Of a DNA stretch of 29,146 nt, positions 1 to 9,117 are shown in pieces. Source of the DNA: Candidatus Thorarchaeota archaeon (lineage in GTDB: Archaea > Asgardarchaeota > Thorarchaeia > Thorarchaeales > Thorarchaeaceae); contig RDNZ01000037.1 in the NCBI GenBank assembly GCA_011364905.1, positions 1 through 29,146 of the forward strand, read 5' to 3'. Made by a program: the position numbers and the translations under genes. The first letter of the stretch is position 1. Every line of letters starts with the position of its first letter. The notes beneath the pieces were generated by a model. The model was not told where the DNA came from, ran no database searches, and was given only the letters and a program-made list of their open reading frames with translations.

Positions 1-3000
1 CGATATTATCTCTGAAGAGGAATGTCTGAGTGGAGGTGTAGGCTTCATTACCAGCATTGTCAATTGCTACAATCTGATAGTTGAAGTTGTACCGTCCATC
101 CAGGGTGCGGGCGATATTAACCTCCCACATTCCAGATCCTTCATTGAAAGCCATTGAATAGTTCTGATTGTTGTCGATATCCCAAACCTTCACACCAGCG
201 AGATCGGAACCTCCACTGTCCGATACACTAGCCGCGATATGGACGTTATCTATGCCTGTAAGCGTGACTGCTGATTGCGTCGTTGCACCGAAAGAGGGAG
301 CCTCACCGTCGGACGACCCTGGAGAGATATATCCAACAAAAATCGGATCCACAGTTACAGCCCATCCATCCCATTGCGGAAATCCTAATACCGTATAGAA
401 TTGCGTTGATGAGATGGAAAATGTTGTCGCTGTTCGTCCTCCACCAGACACATATATTGCGCTCACGGCATCCAATGGGATAGTCTGTGCGTCCACGTTC
501 GTAGACATAGAGCTGTTCTTTGACCAATCATATGGAGCGCCACCCAGGCTCATCAGAGCCACATCGCTCAAGCTGCTAGTCATTGTAAAGTTATACGACG
601 ATGCCGCTTGATCGTTTGTCAGTGGATCTCCTAAGTCGTTAACATACATGGCATCCGCGGGTATTCCTCCACTGGTCATCACAGAGAGGTCGCTGTAGAA
701 AGCCACTGCAAGACTTCTGCCTTCAAGGACATCATCACCGCCAGGAGTATACACTTCCCAGTCGCCGACTGTGATGTCAAACTTGACTTTGGCAATACCA
801 CTTGAATCAGTTTCATTGATTTCACCGTTGAAATGGACATCGATTGTGAACTCGTCTGTCAAGCACTCAGTTGGCCGTTCATCAAAATCGCGGAAGTCTG
901 ATCCGTAGTATGCATCTTCATACCAATCGAAGTAAGTCTTGACACCAAATGGATAGACTTGACCAGTTACATTGTTGAAAGTGACGCCAAAGTCGATTGT
1001 TTCATCAACATGCCTGTACTCAGAGTCAGTTGTATTGGGATTACCCCAACCCACACCTGGTGTGACGAAACTTACTGTTTCAACGTCTACTGGCATCCAG
1101 TAGTGAGTAAGCTCAGCATCGCCAAGTTGCTCAGATGAGATGTCCATGAAATTGTCATAGTTTGTATCGTTCCATGCAAACATCCCGGCATACTGGTAGG
1201 CAAGATTAATGTCCATCAGTTCTGAGTAAGTGGCATTGATGCTTACATCAGTGCTATACTGCTCATCAAGCTCCCACCAGAGCCAGCTCCATTCTTGGGA
1301 GTTGTCTTCAACCCAATCCCAACCCTTTGTTTGAGCTTCATTGACTACATCCTGGTACGTTCTGTTTTCGAACATCCAAGAGATGTCCCAATAACCGGGT
1401 CTTGGATTTCCGAATGAGTCGAACAGGGTATTACTCAATGCGCTGTATTCTGCAGGGGTCAAAAATGTACCATCAGTATGAGTCCAGACATTTAGCTGAC
1501 TCCAGTCATATGTCCAGTTGAATGTGACCATTCCTGTAAATGAATGCAGATGGAACTCATCAGCATATGTTGATGAATCAGGTTCCCAAAAGATGCTCAC
1601 ATCCAGATACTGCTGAGTCACATTGTAGTAATCGGTGCTTGAATGGATCTCTCTCACATAGAACTGGTCCGCAGTAGTGTCAAGATTTCCGTCTAAATCA
1701 AGAGCTCCTGTTAACGGATCAACCGTCCATACATCGTTGTCCCACATCCCAGAAGCTGGAACTCCGTAGACGATAGCTTCTTGGGAGCGAATGATGGAAA
1801 TTGGCAGAGGTTGATAGTCCAATTTCATACTATAGCCCTGGACTTTATAGGCTTGGTATATGACCTCATTGGCCCCAAAGGCATGGTACTCTGTTCCACT
1901 TACGTTGAAAGCCCATGCAGGGAAGTTAAACTCGAAGCTTTCAGGAGTTCGTTGAAGTTCAACAATCTCGTATCTCGAGCCGTTGAGTATTGACTGCAAG
2001 AAGAAGTAGTCATATGGAACAATGTTATCCTCAATGCTTGTACGGGTCATCCATTGGTAATAGTAGTCATCCCATTCATAGTATGTGACATTGTATTGTG
2101 TGACATTCCGGTATTGACCTTCAAAGAAGAACTGCCCGTTCCACGGGTCTCCAATAACGTCCTCAACAAAAACAAGTTGAGTAGAATAGTCCATCCATCC
2201 TTGCCATCCTCGATGGTTGCCATAAATGTCAATCATGTAATATCGATCGAGAACGGGTTTGTAGAGGTTTGATGGCTCTTCGACTGGATGGTCCATCTTT
2301 GAGTAGAAGAATGTGCCATTGGATAGTGTGATGTTGAGGAATGTCGCTCTCCAGGTCTTGTTATAGGAGTACTCCTCTTCGCTAGTAGTTTGCACCCAGT
2401 CATAACCTCGACCATCATCCCATTCCTGTATACGACTGGATTCGTACGATCCATCATAAACTCCAGTCTGAAGATTGAGCCATCCGTCATCTACAAATTC
2501 GTAGGTTTGTGTATCTCGATGGCCAAATGCAACAGACCAGCCTTTCTGATGAACTTCCGGTACCCAGATGCTACCGTTAGCAACAGTGGTCCACGGGAGG
2601 TTCATGTAGTAGTCACCGTAGTCATAGTTCAATTTAAACTGCGGATCCATACTCCAATCCGTTAGATTGTAGACCATTCCCGTATCAATCTGATAGACAT
2701 CGTACCAATATCCAAAGATTGGTTCATACTCTTGCATTGGCAGCATTAGCGCCTCATAAGGAGTACCATCAACGATGGCATATTCCTTGGCGAAGTAGTG
2801 ACCTGTTGCTGGATTGTAGATATTCTCAAGATTGTTCAGGTCCCAAGGACTCCACATTGGAATTCCAGGTGCAGGAAGCTGATATTTAGTCCCTGAAACT
2901 AAGGTATAGACATGTGAGTTTGTCATGAATTGAGGAATAAAGAAATCTTGCGACAGGTAATTACCAGTCATCAGTTCCCATGGCCAATCAAGAGTGTAAA

Positions 3001-5941
3001 GCTTTCCATCAGTCTTATTCCAATAGTGATATCCCCATGTTGGGTCCCACCAGAACTCTACAGGTGCAAAAGTATCATTTTGATACATCACATAGTGGTC
3101 AGGACCAAGATAATCTGGCCAGCCTCTCATGTAGAATGGTTTTGTTCCGTTAAGGTAAGTCACATAGGTAAAGTCGACCTTTGAAACCTGAACCACGTCA
3201 CGGAACTCAGATGTCCACCCGCTCCAGAATGTATTCCATGACCCAGCAATTGACGATCCATTCAGGGCGATCATGAAGTATTGATCATCCATACCTGTGT
3301 AATGAGGACTGTCGCTCCATGCAAGGAAGGAAGTTCCAGCCAGTGGCAACGTGATATTGTATAGAACAGCCACACTGCCTGAGTAAACTTGGATTTCTGT
3401 CCCATTTGTGAATTTGATGAAGTACTCCTCCTTGTCAGTGACATGGTTGTACTCCGACCTTATGTACGATTCCCAATTGCTTTCAAGATCGGTCATAAGA
3501 TACGGTGCCAGACTAATCTCTTGACCGCCAATCACGACAAATGGCACTTTCTCTCGCTGATAGAAGTCTCCTGTCTGGTTGTTTCTGAAGATCTCAGCTT
3601 TCACTGGTTCCTCCATGTATAGCTTGGTACCATTGAGATAGCTATACACCGTATTCTCAGTCCATCCAAGAATGGTGTGTTCGCCCCAGCCGGATTCATA
3701 GTCCTCAACCCAATTGAGTTGGCCATAGAAGTATTGCCACCGCCATTCGAGCTGTGGCATTGTAGGGTCCGGAAGAATATCAAACTCAATCCTGAGGTCG
3801 TGCCCCAGCAAAATACGATTCAGATTTGCCACATCAAGCCAGTGAACAGGCATTCTCAAACTAGGAGACCCATCTGCTATCCAACCGGGAGCCCAATCAT
3901 TCGCTACAAAATCCCAAGTCTTTTCTTCCCAATGCCACTGATCTGAAATCAATGTCCACTGTGTCTCCCAGCGACCTGGCATGACCTCCACCGACACCCA
4001 ATCCCAGTAGTCACCCTGAGTCCACTGATTTCGAACTGTTCGATTGAAGACACTAACAGTGATCCCTCCGAGAGAATCGATGCGAATCTGAATTTCGATT
4101 TCAGACCACTGATGCCAGTCATTTGTGCCATCAAATCCCCAATCATCTTGATATGCTTTCATGAAGAAACCAATACCGTCAATCTCTTGGAAGTAATCAG
4201 CGCCGCCTTGCAACAATGACTTAACTGTGAAGGGTTCTGCGACATCTGTTTGAAACATCCAGTCTGGTTCATATGGTTCACCACCATGAGTCAGTGTTAC
4301 AATTGAAACAGGCGACTCAACTGCAAGTTCTTCTAGCAACTGATAAGCTGCTGCGGCCTCAGGAGAAGCTAGCGGTAATTGCGACTTTGGAGCTAAATTG
4401 CGTCCATGGATATCGCCGACCATTTCGCGGATATGCAGGGGCTGACTTTCATCTCCACTGGTTGGTAAAACATCTTCTCCTATATGACCTCTAAAGGTCA
4501 CGACAATGTTGCCATTGTCCCAATACATCCCGCTTGTTGCTTCATTAACGATGAAGGGGAGCGGGATGCTCCCATCGACGGGCCATGGTTCATACTCAAA
4601 CCATCTAACGTTTTGCCAATGCTCGCCATACTCATCGATAATCCTAGTGGTGTTTTCGTATTCATAGGCGAGTAAGGTTGTGAATGTGTCAGTTGAAAAA
4701 TCATAGACCACAGCTGCCCGTCCCCACGCCCAGTTCGTCCACATTGATCCACCGTCCCAGAAGTTGTACTCCTTTCCTACGTCGATGTAGGTAAATCCAT
4801 CCTCAAAGTGAAAACCTTCTTTCTGTGTGGTCCAGTTTACAGTCTTGGTTGCATTCCAGACATAGGTTTCAGATGCATCATCGTATTCCCAGGCACCTGT
4901 GACCTCCTCGGTCACAGTATATGGACCATAAACCCAGTTCTGAGTGTTAATTTTGCTGGGGATATCAAACAGAACAGTGACATTGTTCAGGACTGTCCCA
5001 TTATTAATTGTAGCAGTCATATTGAAATCCAGACCACGTGTGGCGGAGTATAAGGTGTTGCCATCATCGGAAATTCTCTCCCATTCATAGTATCCGCCAA
5101 CAGCTTGGTCTACAAGGAAATCGAAGGTAGTCCCAATGATTCTTCCACTATTGAACTCCTCAAATCTGCTCTCAGCAAGGGAGTTGAAGGACTCGTCTTG
5201 AACTCCACAAGAAACTACATAGAACCCACCAATTGTGGATGAATTGAATCTTAGCCTAACATTAGCCCAGTAGGATTCCGCACCTGCGATATATGATGTG
5301 TATCCTGAATCCATCTCAGCAAAAGGATTGACTTCTGGTCCAAAGACCATGTCAATGGTGAAATTTGATGGGAGACCAGTGGGAGGTCCCTCAGGCCAGC
5401 TTGCATTTGTCGAGCTATAGAGCATCCATTGTGAATCAGGAATGTGATAATAAACCATCCACATTATTGGAGAATTCCCCTTCATTTGGAAATCTCCTTC
5501 GCTGTTTGCTAGGGCAGACATATTGAAGTATTGACCCGCAAGGTACACTCCAGTTGGTGTTTGACCGCCTAGAGCGTTATATGGAATTTCTACTCTGAAG
5601 TCGACATATTCGTCTATAGCGATCTCATCTGACCACTTGATCAAACTAGAGTCTGTAGTGTTTCTAGTATGCCAGTTTACGGTTGGGCCAAACCGATATC
5701 GATCTGAACTCCAAGTATCTATCCAAGTGTCACTCTCAGTTCCAAGGTCCCAGTCAACCCTCGTATAGTTGTCAGGATAATCAGCTAGCATTAATGGATT
5801 CTCTTCAAGAGTCGGATAAGAATTCTCCATTGATTCTTCCGTCGATGCGAGAATTGCTGGAGGAGTCATGAAAAGTGATAAGGAGAATAAGACGAGTGAT
5901 ACAAGCGAGAACGCTTTTGTGACGAATTTCGTTGTGTACAC
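1..5941 (-). CDS. Giant secreted/cell-surface glycoprotein (>=1980 aa, 3' end outside the window) with an Ig-like module at the window edge
   Basis: Manual translation from GTG 5941 (MYTTKFVTKAFSLVSLVLFSLSLFMTPPAILAS..., signal-peptide-like) stays open to position 1, which is why it is absent from the ORF track. It is W/Y/D/E/T-rich with few Cys and about 40 N-x-S/T sequons. The last ~100 aa (DGEAPSF...AIDNAGNE) look like an Ig-like/Big domain. Confidence 0.9.
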   Translation of the reverse strand, partial: MYTTKFVTKAFSLVSLVLFSLSLFMTPPAILASTEESMENSYPTLEENPLMLADYPDNYTRVDWDLGTESDTWIDTWSSDRYRFGPTVNWHTRNTTDSSLIKWSDEIAIDEYVDFRVEIPYNALGGQTPTGVYLAGQYFNMSALANSEGDFQMKGNSPIMWMVYYHIPDSQWMLYSSTNASWPEGPPTGLPSNFTIDMVFGPEVNPFAEMDSGYTSYIAGAESYWANVRLRFNSSTIGGFYVVSCGVQDESFNSLAESRFEEFNSGRIIGTTFDFLVDQAVGGYYEWERISDDGNTLYSATRGLDFNMTATINNGTVLNNVTVLFDIPSKINTQNWVYGPYTVTEEVTGAWEYDDASETYVWNATKTVNWTTQKEGFHFEDGFTYIDVGKEYNFWDGGSMWTNWAWGRAAVVYDFSTDTFTTLLAYEYENTTRIIDEYGEHWQNVRWFEYEPWPVDGSIPLPFIVNEATSGMYWDNGNIVVTFRGHIGEDVLPTSGDESQPLHIREMVGDIHGRNLAPKSQLPLASPEAAAAYQLLEELAVESPVSIVTLTHGGEPYEPDWMFQTDVAEPFTVKSLLQGGADYFQEIDGIGFFMKAYQDDWGFDGTNDWHQWSEIEIQIRIDSLGGITVSVFNRTVRNQWTQGDYWDWVSVEVMPGRWETQWTLISDQWHWEEKTWDFVANDWAPGWIADGSPSLRMPVHWLDVANLNRILLGHDLRIEFDILPDPTMPQLEWRWQYFYGQLNWVEDYESGWGEHTILGWTENTVYSYLNGTKLYMEEPVKAEIFRNNQTGDFYQREKVPFVVIGGQEISLAPYLMTDLESNWESYIRSEYNHVTDKEEYFIKFTNGTEIQVYSGSVAVLYNITLPLAGTSFLAWSDSPHYTGMDDQYFMIALNGSSIAGSWNTFWSGWTSEFRDVVQVSKVDFTYVTYLNGTKPFYMRGWPDYLGPDHYVMYQNDTFAPVEFWWDPTWGYHYWNKTDGKLYTLDWPWELMTGNYLSQDFFIPQFMTNSHVYTLVSGTKYQLPAPGIPMWSPWDLNNLENIYNPATGHYFAKEYAIVDGTPYEALMLPMQEYEPIFGYWYDVYQIDTGMVYNLTDWSMDPQFKLNYDYGDYYMNLPWTTVANGSIWVPEVHQKGWSVAFGHRDTQTYEFVDDGWLNLQTGVYDGSYESSRIQEWDDGRGYDWVQTTSEEEYSYNKTWRATFLNITLSNGTFFYSKMDHPVEEPSNLYKPVLDRYYMIDIYGNHRGWQGWMDYSTQLVFVEDVIGDPWNGQFFFEGQYRNVTQYNVTYYEWDDYYYQWMTRTSIEDNIVPYDYFFLQSILNGSRYEIVELQRTPESFEFNFPAWAFNVSGTEYHAFGANEVIYQAYKVQGYSMKLDYQPLPISIIRSQEAIVYGVPASGMWDNDVWTVDPLTGALDLDGNLDTTADQFYVREIHSSTDYYNVTQQYLDVSIFWEPDSSTYADEFHLHSFTGMVTFNWTYDWSQLNVWTHTDGTFLTPAEYSALSNTLFDSFGNPRPGYWDISWMFENRTYQDVVNEAQTKGWDWVEDNSQEWSWLWWELDEQYSTDVSINATYSELMDINLAYQYAGMFAWNDTNYDNFMDISSEQLGDAELTHYWMPVDVETVSFVTPGVGWGNPNTTDSEYRHVDETIDFGVTFNNVTGQVYPFGVKTYFDWYEDAYYGSDFRDFDERPTECLTDEFTIDVHFNGEINETDSSGIAKVKFDITVGDWEVYTPGGDDVLEGRSLAVAFYSDLSVMTSGGIPADAMYVNDLGDPLTNDQAASSYNFTMTSSLSDVALMSLGGAPYDWSKNSSMSTNVDAQTIPLDAVSAIYVSGGGRTATTFSISSTQFYTVLGFPQWDGWAVTVDPIFVGYISPGSSDGEAPSFGATTQSAVTLTGIDNVHIAASVSDSGGSDLAGVKVWDIDNNQNYSMAFNEGSGMWEVNIARTLDGRYNFNYQIVAIDNAGNEAYTSTQTFLFRDNI

Positions 5942-6093
5942 CTCAAGTGAATCTTGATTGGCTACCGCAGCATTGTAAGAAGAGTAGAGGCGTGCTCTAC
6001 CAATGTATTAGCAAAGCAAGACTGTTTCCGGACAACAATCTCGCGCAGCTTTGTCGCTAGCAGCGGCGCTTTTCCTAATCTTCCAAACCTTAG

Positions 6094-6101
6094 AATATAA
6101 G
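6094..6101 (-). promoter_or_regulatory. Possible TATA box (TTATAT) for the giant surface protein gene
   Basis: Minus strand reads CTTATATT about 155 nt upstream of GTG 5941. The BRE is weak. Confidence 0.3.
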
Positions 6102-6118
6102 ATTACGTCGAACAGATT

Positions 6119-6159
6119 GGAAAAGAAAAAAGGGGCTAGGAGCGGGTAAAAACCGCTCC
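6119..6159 (-). terminator. Hairpin plus U-tract terminator after the SpoIIM-domain gene
   Basis: GGAGCGG (6139-6145)/CCGCTCC (6153-6159) 7-bp stem just after the stop, followed on the minus strand by CCCCTTTTTTCTTTT. Confidence 0.65.
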
Positions 6160-6167
6160 AAAATGTA

Positions 6168-8900
6168 CTATGGCGTGACCACCATTAAAAAGACAATTGG
6201 CGTTATAAAAGCCTCAATCAGGGCGGCTATTACCAGGAAGAACGCAATCAATATGTAAGTTCTCCAGGTTCTCTCGTCACCTAAGAGAGCACGTGTCTTG
6301 GAAGGAAATGACGCCCAATCTTCAGTTTCTATGGTTGGCCAAAGATCTTTCGCAATTCTTATGGCGGCAGCGGCAGCCACCAGAAAGGTCGGAATCTCTA
6401 CTATTGCATGCGGGATTATCCTCGCAAGAAACTCCCAGAGACCATTGCCGCCTCCTACTGACAGTTGAATGATTGCAATCCCCCCAATGGTCAATGCTGT
6501 AGACAATACCTCTGCGATTGCTAAGGACATCAAACTGAACTTGATATACGTGAGGAGAAAGTCTTCTCCTTTTCCTCTTCCTATCAACCTGTAGCCACCA
6601 GCTATCAGGAGTGGAAGCACGACTAGTGCTATCAATGTGAATTGATCATCATAGACAAAATACTCAGCCGTGAAAACGAAGACGAAAAGAGGTAACCACC
6701 ATACACCAGAACCTTTGCCTCTCATACCACGCAAAGCAACAATCACTCCGCAGATAAGGAATAAAGATCCAAAGACTACCAGTGCCCTGAGACCTAGTTG
6801 TGTTACAAAACCCCATCGAGGATCAAAAGGATTGAATAATCCTCTTCTTGCATCGTAGGTCGTCCAAACGAGGCAGGCTGATATTCCTATGACAACTGAA
6901 GACAATGTCCAAGTGCCAACCATCTTCTCCGTTTTTGTTTTCTCAACACCCACAAACCATAGGACAGCCGCCCAGAATATTGGACCAATGACTAGCATCA
7001 ACAAGACACGAACCATATTGTGCTCCGCAAAAACGAAAAACCATCCAAATGGATTAGCTCTATCCAAGAAGTTTCCTGGCGGAGGAAGTACCCCCTCGAG
7101 GCCATCTGGTTGCCCAATTTCACTGAGCAAGCCCTGAAGAAGGTTAGTGACAAGAGCTGGATTTGCTATAATCACAGAAGTAATCCATACTCCCAGAATC
7201 GATACAATAAGGCCACCAAAGAACATGATGGCGGATTGAATCAAATCACGTTTGTGCACGCTGAGGAGTGGTCCAGCTTTCTCTCCAATGGTTTCCCGCC
7301 AGCTCTCTCTATACTTGAAGAAGTAAAGGATGAAGAGTGTGCTGAATACGAAGATTGGCAAGTTGAGGATGAACTGAGAAGCCAAACGCGCCCACTGTTG
7401 ATCTGCAGATGGAAGTTCAAGAACTGGTCGCAGTCTATTGAATATCTCTCCAGCATATGTTGCAGGAGTCAGTTTGAAGGAAACAATATAGTCCAAACCT
7501 GGAAACACATAATATGTCACCATGGATAGAGTCGCACCAGAAAAGAGTGCAAATGTTTCGATTCCGCCTCCGGTTCGTTTCCATACGTAGTGGCCTAGCA
7601 CTCCAAGAACTATTATCATAACAAAAGGTATCGCGAGCAGCAACAGCAACCAGATTGTTTCTCCTATCATCTGGGGATTGCTTATGGGATTGTTTAAAAC
7701 ACCTATAATGAATTCATCATCAACATCTCTGGGGAAGAAACGAAGGAGCCCGCGCCCAAAAGAGTAGTTCAAAGTTGCGGCAAACACTGCAGCAACAAAT
7801 GCCCCGGTAACTACTAATCCAGTTCCAATTCCAGCTCCAATATTCTTCAGAGCACCACCAAAATTCAATTCAGACAACTTTAACTTTCCTTTCGTCAGTG
7901 AGTCAAATGTCTTCTTGTAGAGAACAACAGCAAAATCCTCAACGAGTGGAAGAATCAGGATGGCAAAGATAATGGGAGGTACAGCATAGATGATTCCTGT
8001 GCTGTAGTAAGCCAAAAGTACATTGACAATTTCCGTAACAGGAACACCAGAAGTAAATGCCTGAAACACTTGTAATCCAACAAAACCAAATGTTAGGATG
8101 ATGTTGAGCCTAAAGAACCAGCCTAGCACTCCACGCATCATCTCTCCGCCAATGTCTCGATTTCCAAGACGGAGACCAGCCCCTTTGGCAATACGATTTG
8201 AAGCAGGATATCCAAATCTGTAAATCCAAGTCAGGAAGATCAAAATGTTCCACAGATACACATTTGGTGCTTGACCTCCAACGAAAGCAGGAATACTTCC
8301 AACGTAAATGGAAATCGATGGTACCAGTGTTGCGAGACCGATGATAAGATAGTCTCTCCATGCATCTCGCCATGCACGACTCTGAACCTCAGGATTCAAA
8401 GGCTGCGGCTCAAGGCCTTCGAATCGGATGTTTGATAATCGGTCGCCAAAACCAGTGTATCCATCACTCTCAGGTTCTTTTTTCGTAATGCTCCGTATAA
8501 CATTCTTGAATCTCATCTTTAGTGGATCTTGAAGTGCTAATTTCGCTGCAAGGACAAACATTCCAAAAAGCACAGCAAAGAAAGACACCATAACCCAGAT
8601 TAGATATTCCTGAAGAGATGTCACGAAGTGGAACAACATGTCTGTGAGGAGAAGCCACGATAAGACGCGAGTATCAACAAAGGGATCGAAGCCACCGCCT
8701 ACATCAACTGATAGGCGATAAATATTCAGCAAGAAGTATGTTACAGTCTTCAAGTACATTAAAACAATGAAAGCCTCAATGAACTTACTCTTTCGTTTTC
8801 CAAAGAAGAGTAGATACACCAACGTAACAACAAGAGGGGGTACGAACTCAAACATGATAGTGAGAAGCGTGAGGTCTCCTAGCGCCATTTCAATAACCAC
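6168..8900 (-). CDS. Large polytopic membrane protein with C-terminal stage II sporulation protein M (SpoIIM)-like domain
   Basis: 910-aa ORF with roughly 20 hydrophobic segments. The C-terminal IIPHAIVEIP...VIAALIEAFITP matches the SpoIIM family PHGxxE...AAxxExxxTP signature. The start could be ATG 8888. Confidence 0.8.
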   Translation of the reverse strand: MVIEMALGDLTLLTIMFEFVPPLVVTLVYLLFFGKRKSKFIEAFIVLMYLKTVTYFLLNIYRLSVDVGGGFDPFVDTRVLSWLLLTDMLFHFVTSLQEYLIWVMVSFFAVLFGMFVLAAKLALQDPLKMRFKNVIRSITKKEPESDGYTGFGDRLSNIRFEGLEPQPLNPEVQSRAWRDAWRDYLIIGLATLVPSISIYVGSIPAFVGGQAPNVYLWNILIFLTWIYRFGYPASNRIAKGAGLRLGNRDIGGEMMRGVLGWFFRLNIILTFGFVGLQVFQAFTSGVPVTEIVNVLLAYYSTGIIYAVPPIIFAILILPLVEDFAVVLYKKTFDSLTKGKLKLSELNFGGALKNIGAGIGTGLVVTGAFVAAVFAATLNYSFGRGLLRFFPRDVDDEFIIGVLNNPISNPQMIGETIWLLLLLAIPFVMIIVLGVLGHYVWKRTGGGIETFALFSGATLSMVTYYVFPGLDYIVSFKLTPATYAGEIFNRLRPVLELPSADQQWARLASQFILNLPIFVFSTLFILYFFKYRESWRETIGEKAGPLLSVHKRDLIQSAIMFFGGLIVSILGVWITSVIIANPALVTNLLQGLLSEIGQPDGLEGVLPPPGNFLDRANPFGWFFVFAEHNMVRVLLMLVIGPIFWAAVLWFVGVEKTKTEKMVGTWTLSSVVIGISACLVWTTYDARRGLFNPFDPRWGFVTQLGLRALVVFGSLFLICGVIVALRGMRGKGSGVWWLPLFVFVFTAEYFVYDDQFTLIALVVLPLLIAGGYRLIGRGKGEDFLLTYIKFSLMSLAIAEVLSTALTIGGIAIIQLSVGGGNGLWEFLARIIPHAIVEIPTFLVAAAAAIRIAKDLWPTIETEDWASFPSKTRALLGDERTWRTYILIAFFLVIAALIEAFITPIVFLMVVTP

Positions 8901-9027
8901 TCCGGGCGATATTAGAATATCAAATCAAATCCTTTAAAGAAAAAGGTTCGTTGGACAGACTTCAGATAAGTCCTGTTCTTATACATCAATCTAGCCAAAG
9001 AAAATCCTCAGAATCTCGTTGTCCTAC

Positions 9028-9039
9028 CGAAAGTTTAAA
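9028..9039 (+). promoter_or_regulatory. BRE plus TATA box of the ferritin promoter
   Basis: CGAAAG directly followed by TTTAAA, the canonical archaeal BRE/TATA arrangement, about 80 nt upstream of ATG 9118. Confidence 0.6.
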
Positions 9040-9117
9040 GATGACAGGATTAGCTATTGTGAAGTGAGATCAACTGAAAGTTGAGAGAAATCAACATGGA
9101 AGTTGAGGTGGATAATA

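Noticed and set aside
168-5871. About 20 short ORFs (60-91 aa) in the ORF track
   Set aside because: All are antisense or off-frame shadows of the continuous minus-strand giant ORF.
8953-8978. Imperfect inverted repeat GACTT-N5-AAGTC between the divergent promoters
   Set aside because: It is short, single-copy, and has no match I can support to DtxR/Fur boxes.
9069-9107. CRISPR or canonical IRE interpretation of the twin repeats
   Set aside because: There are only two short units without spacers, and no CAGUGN loop or C-bulge.
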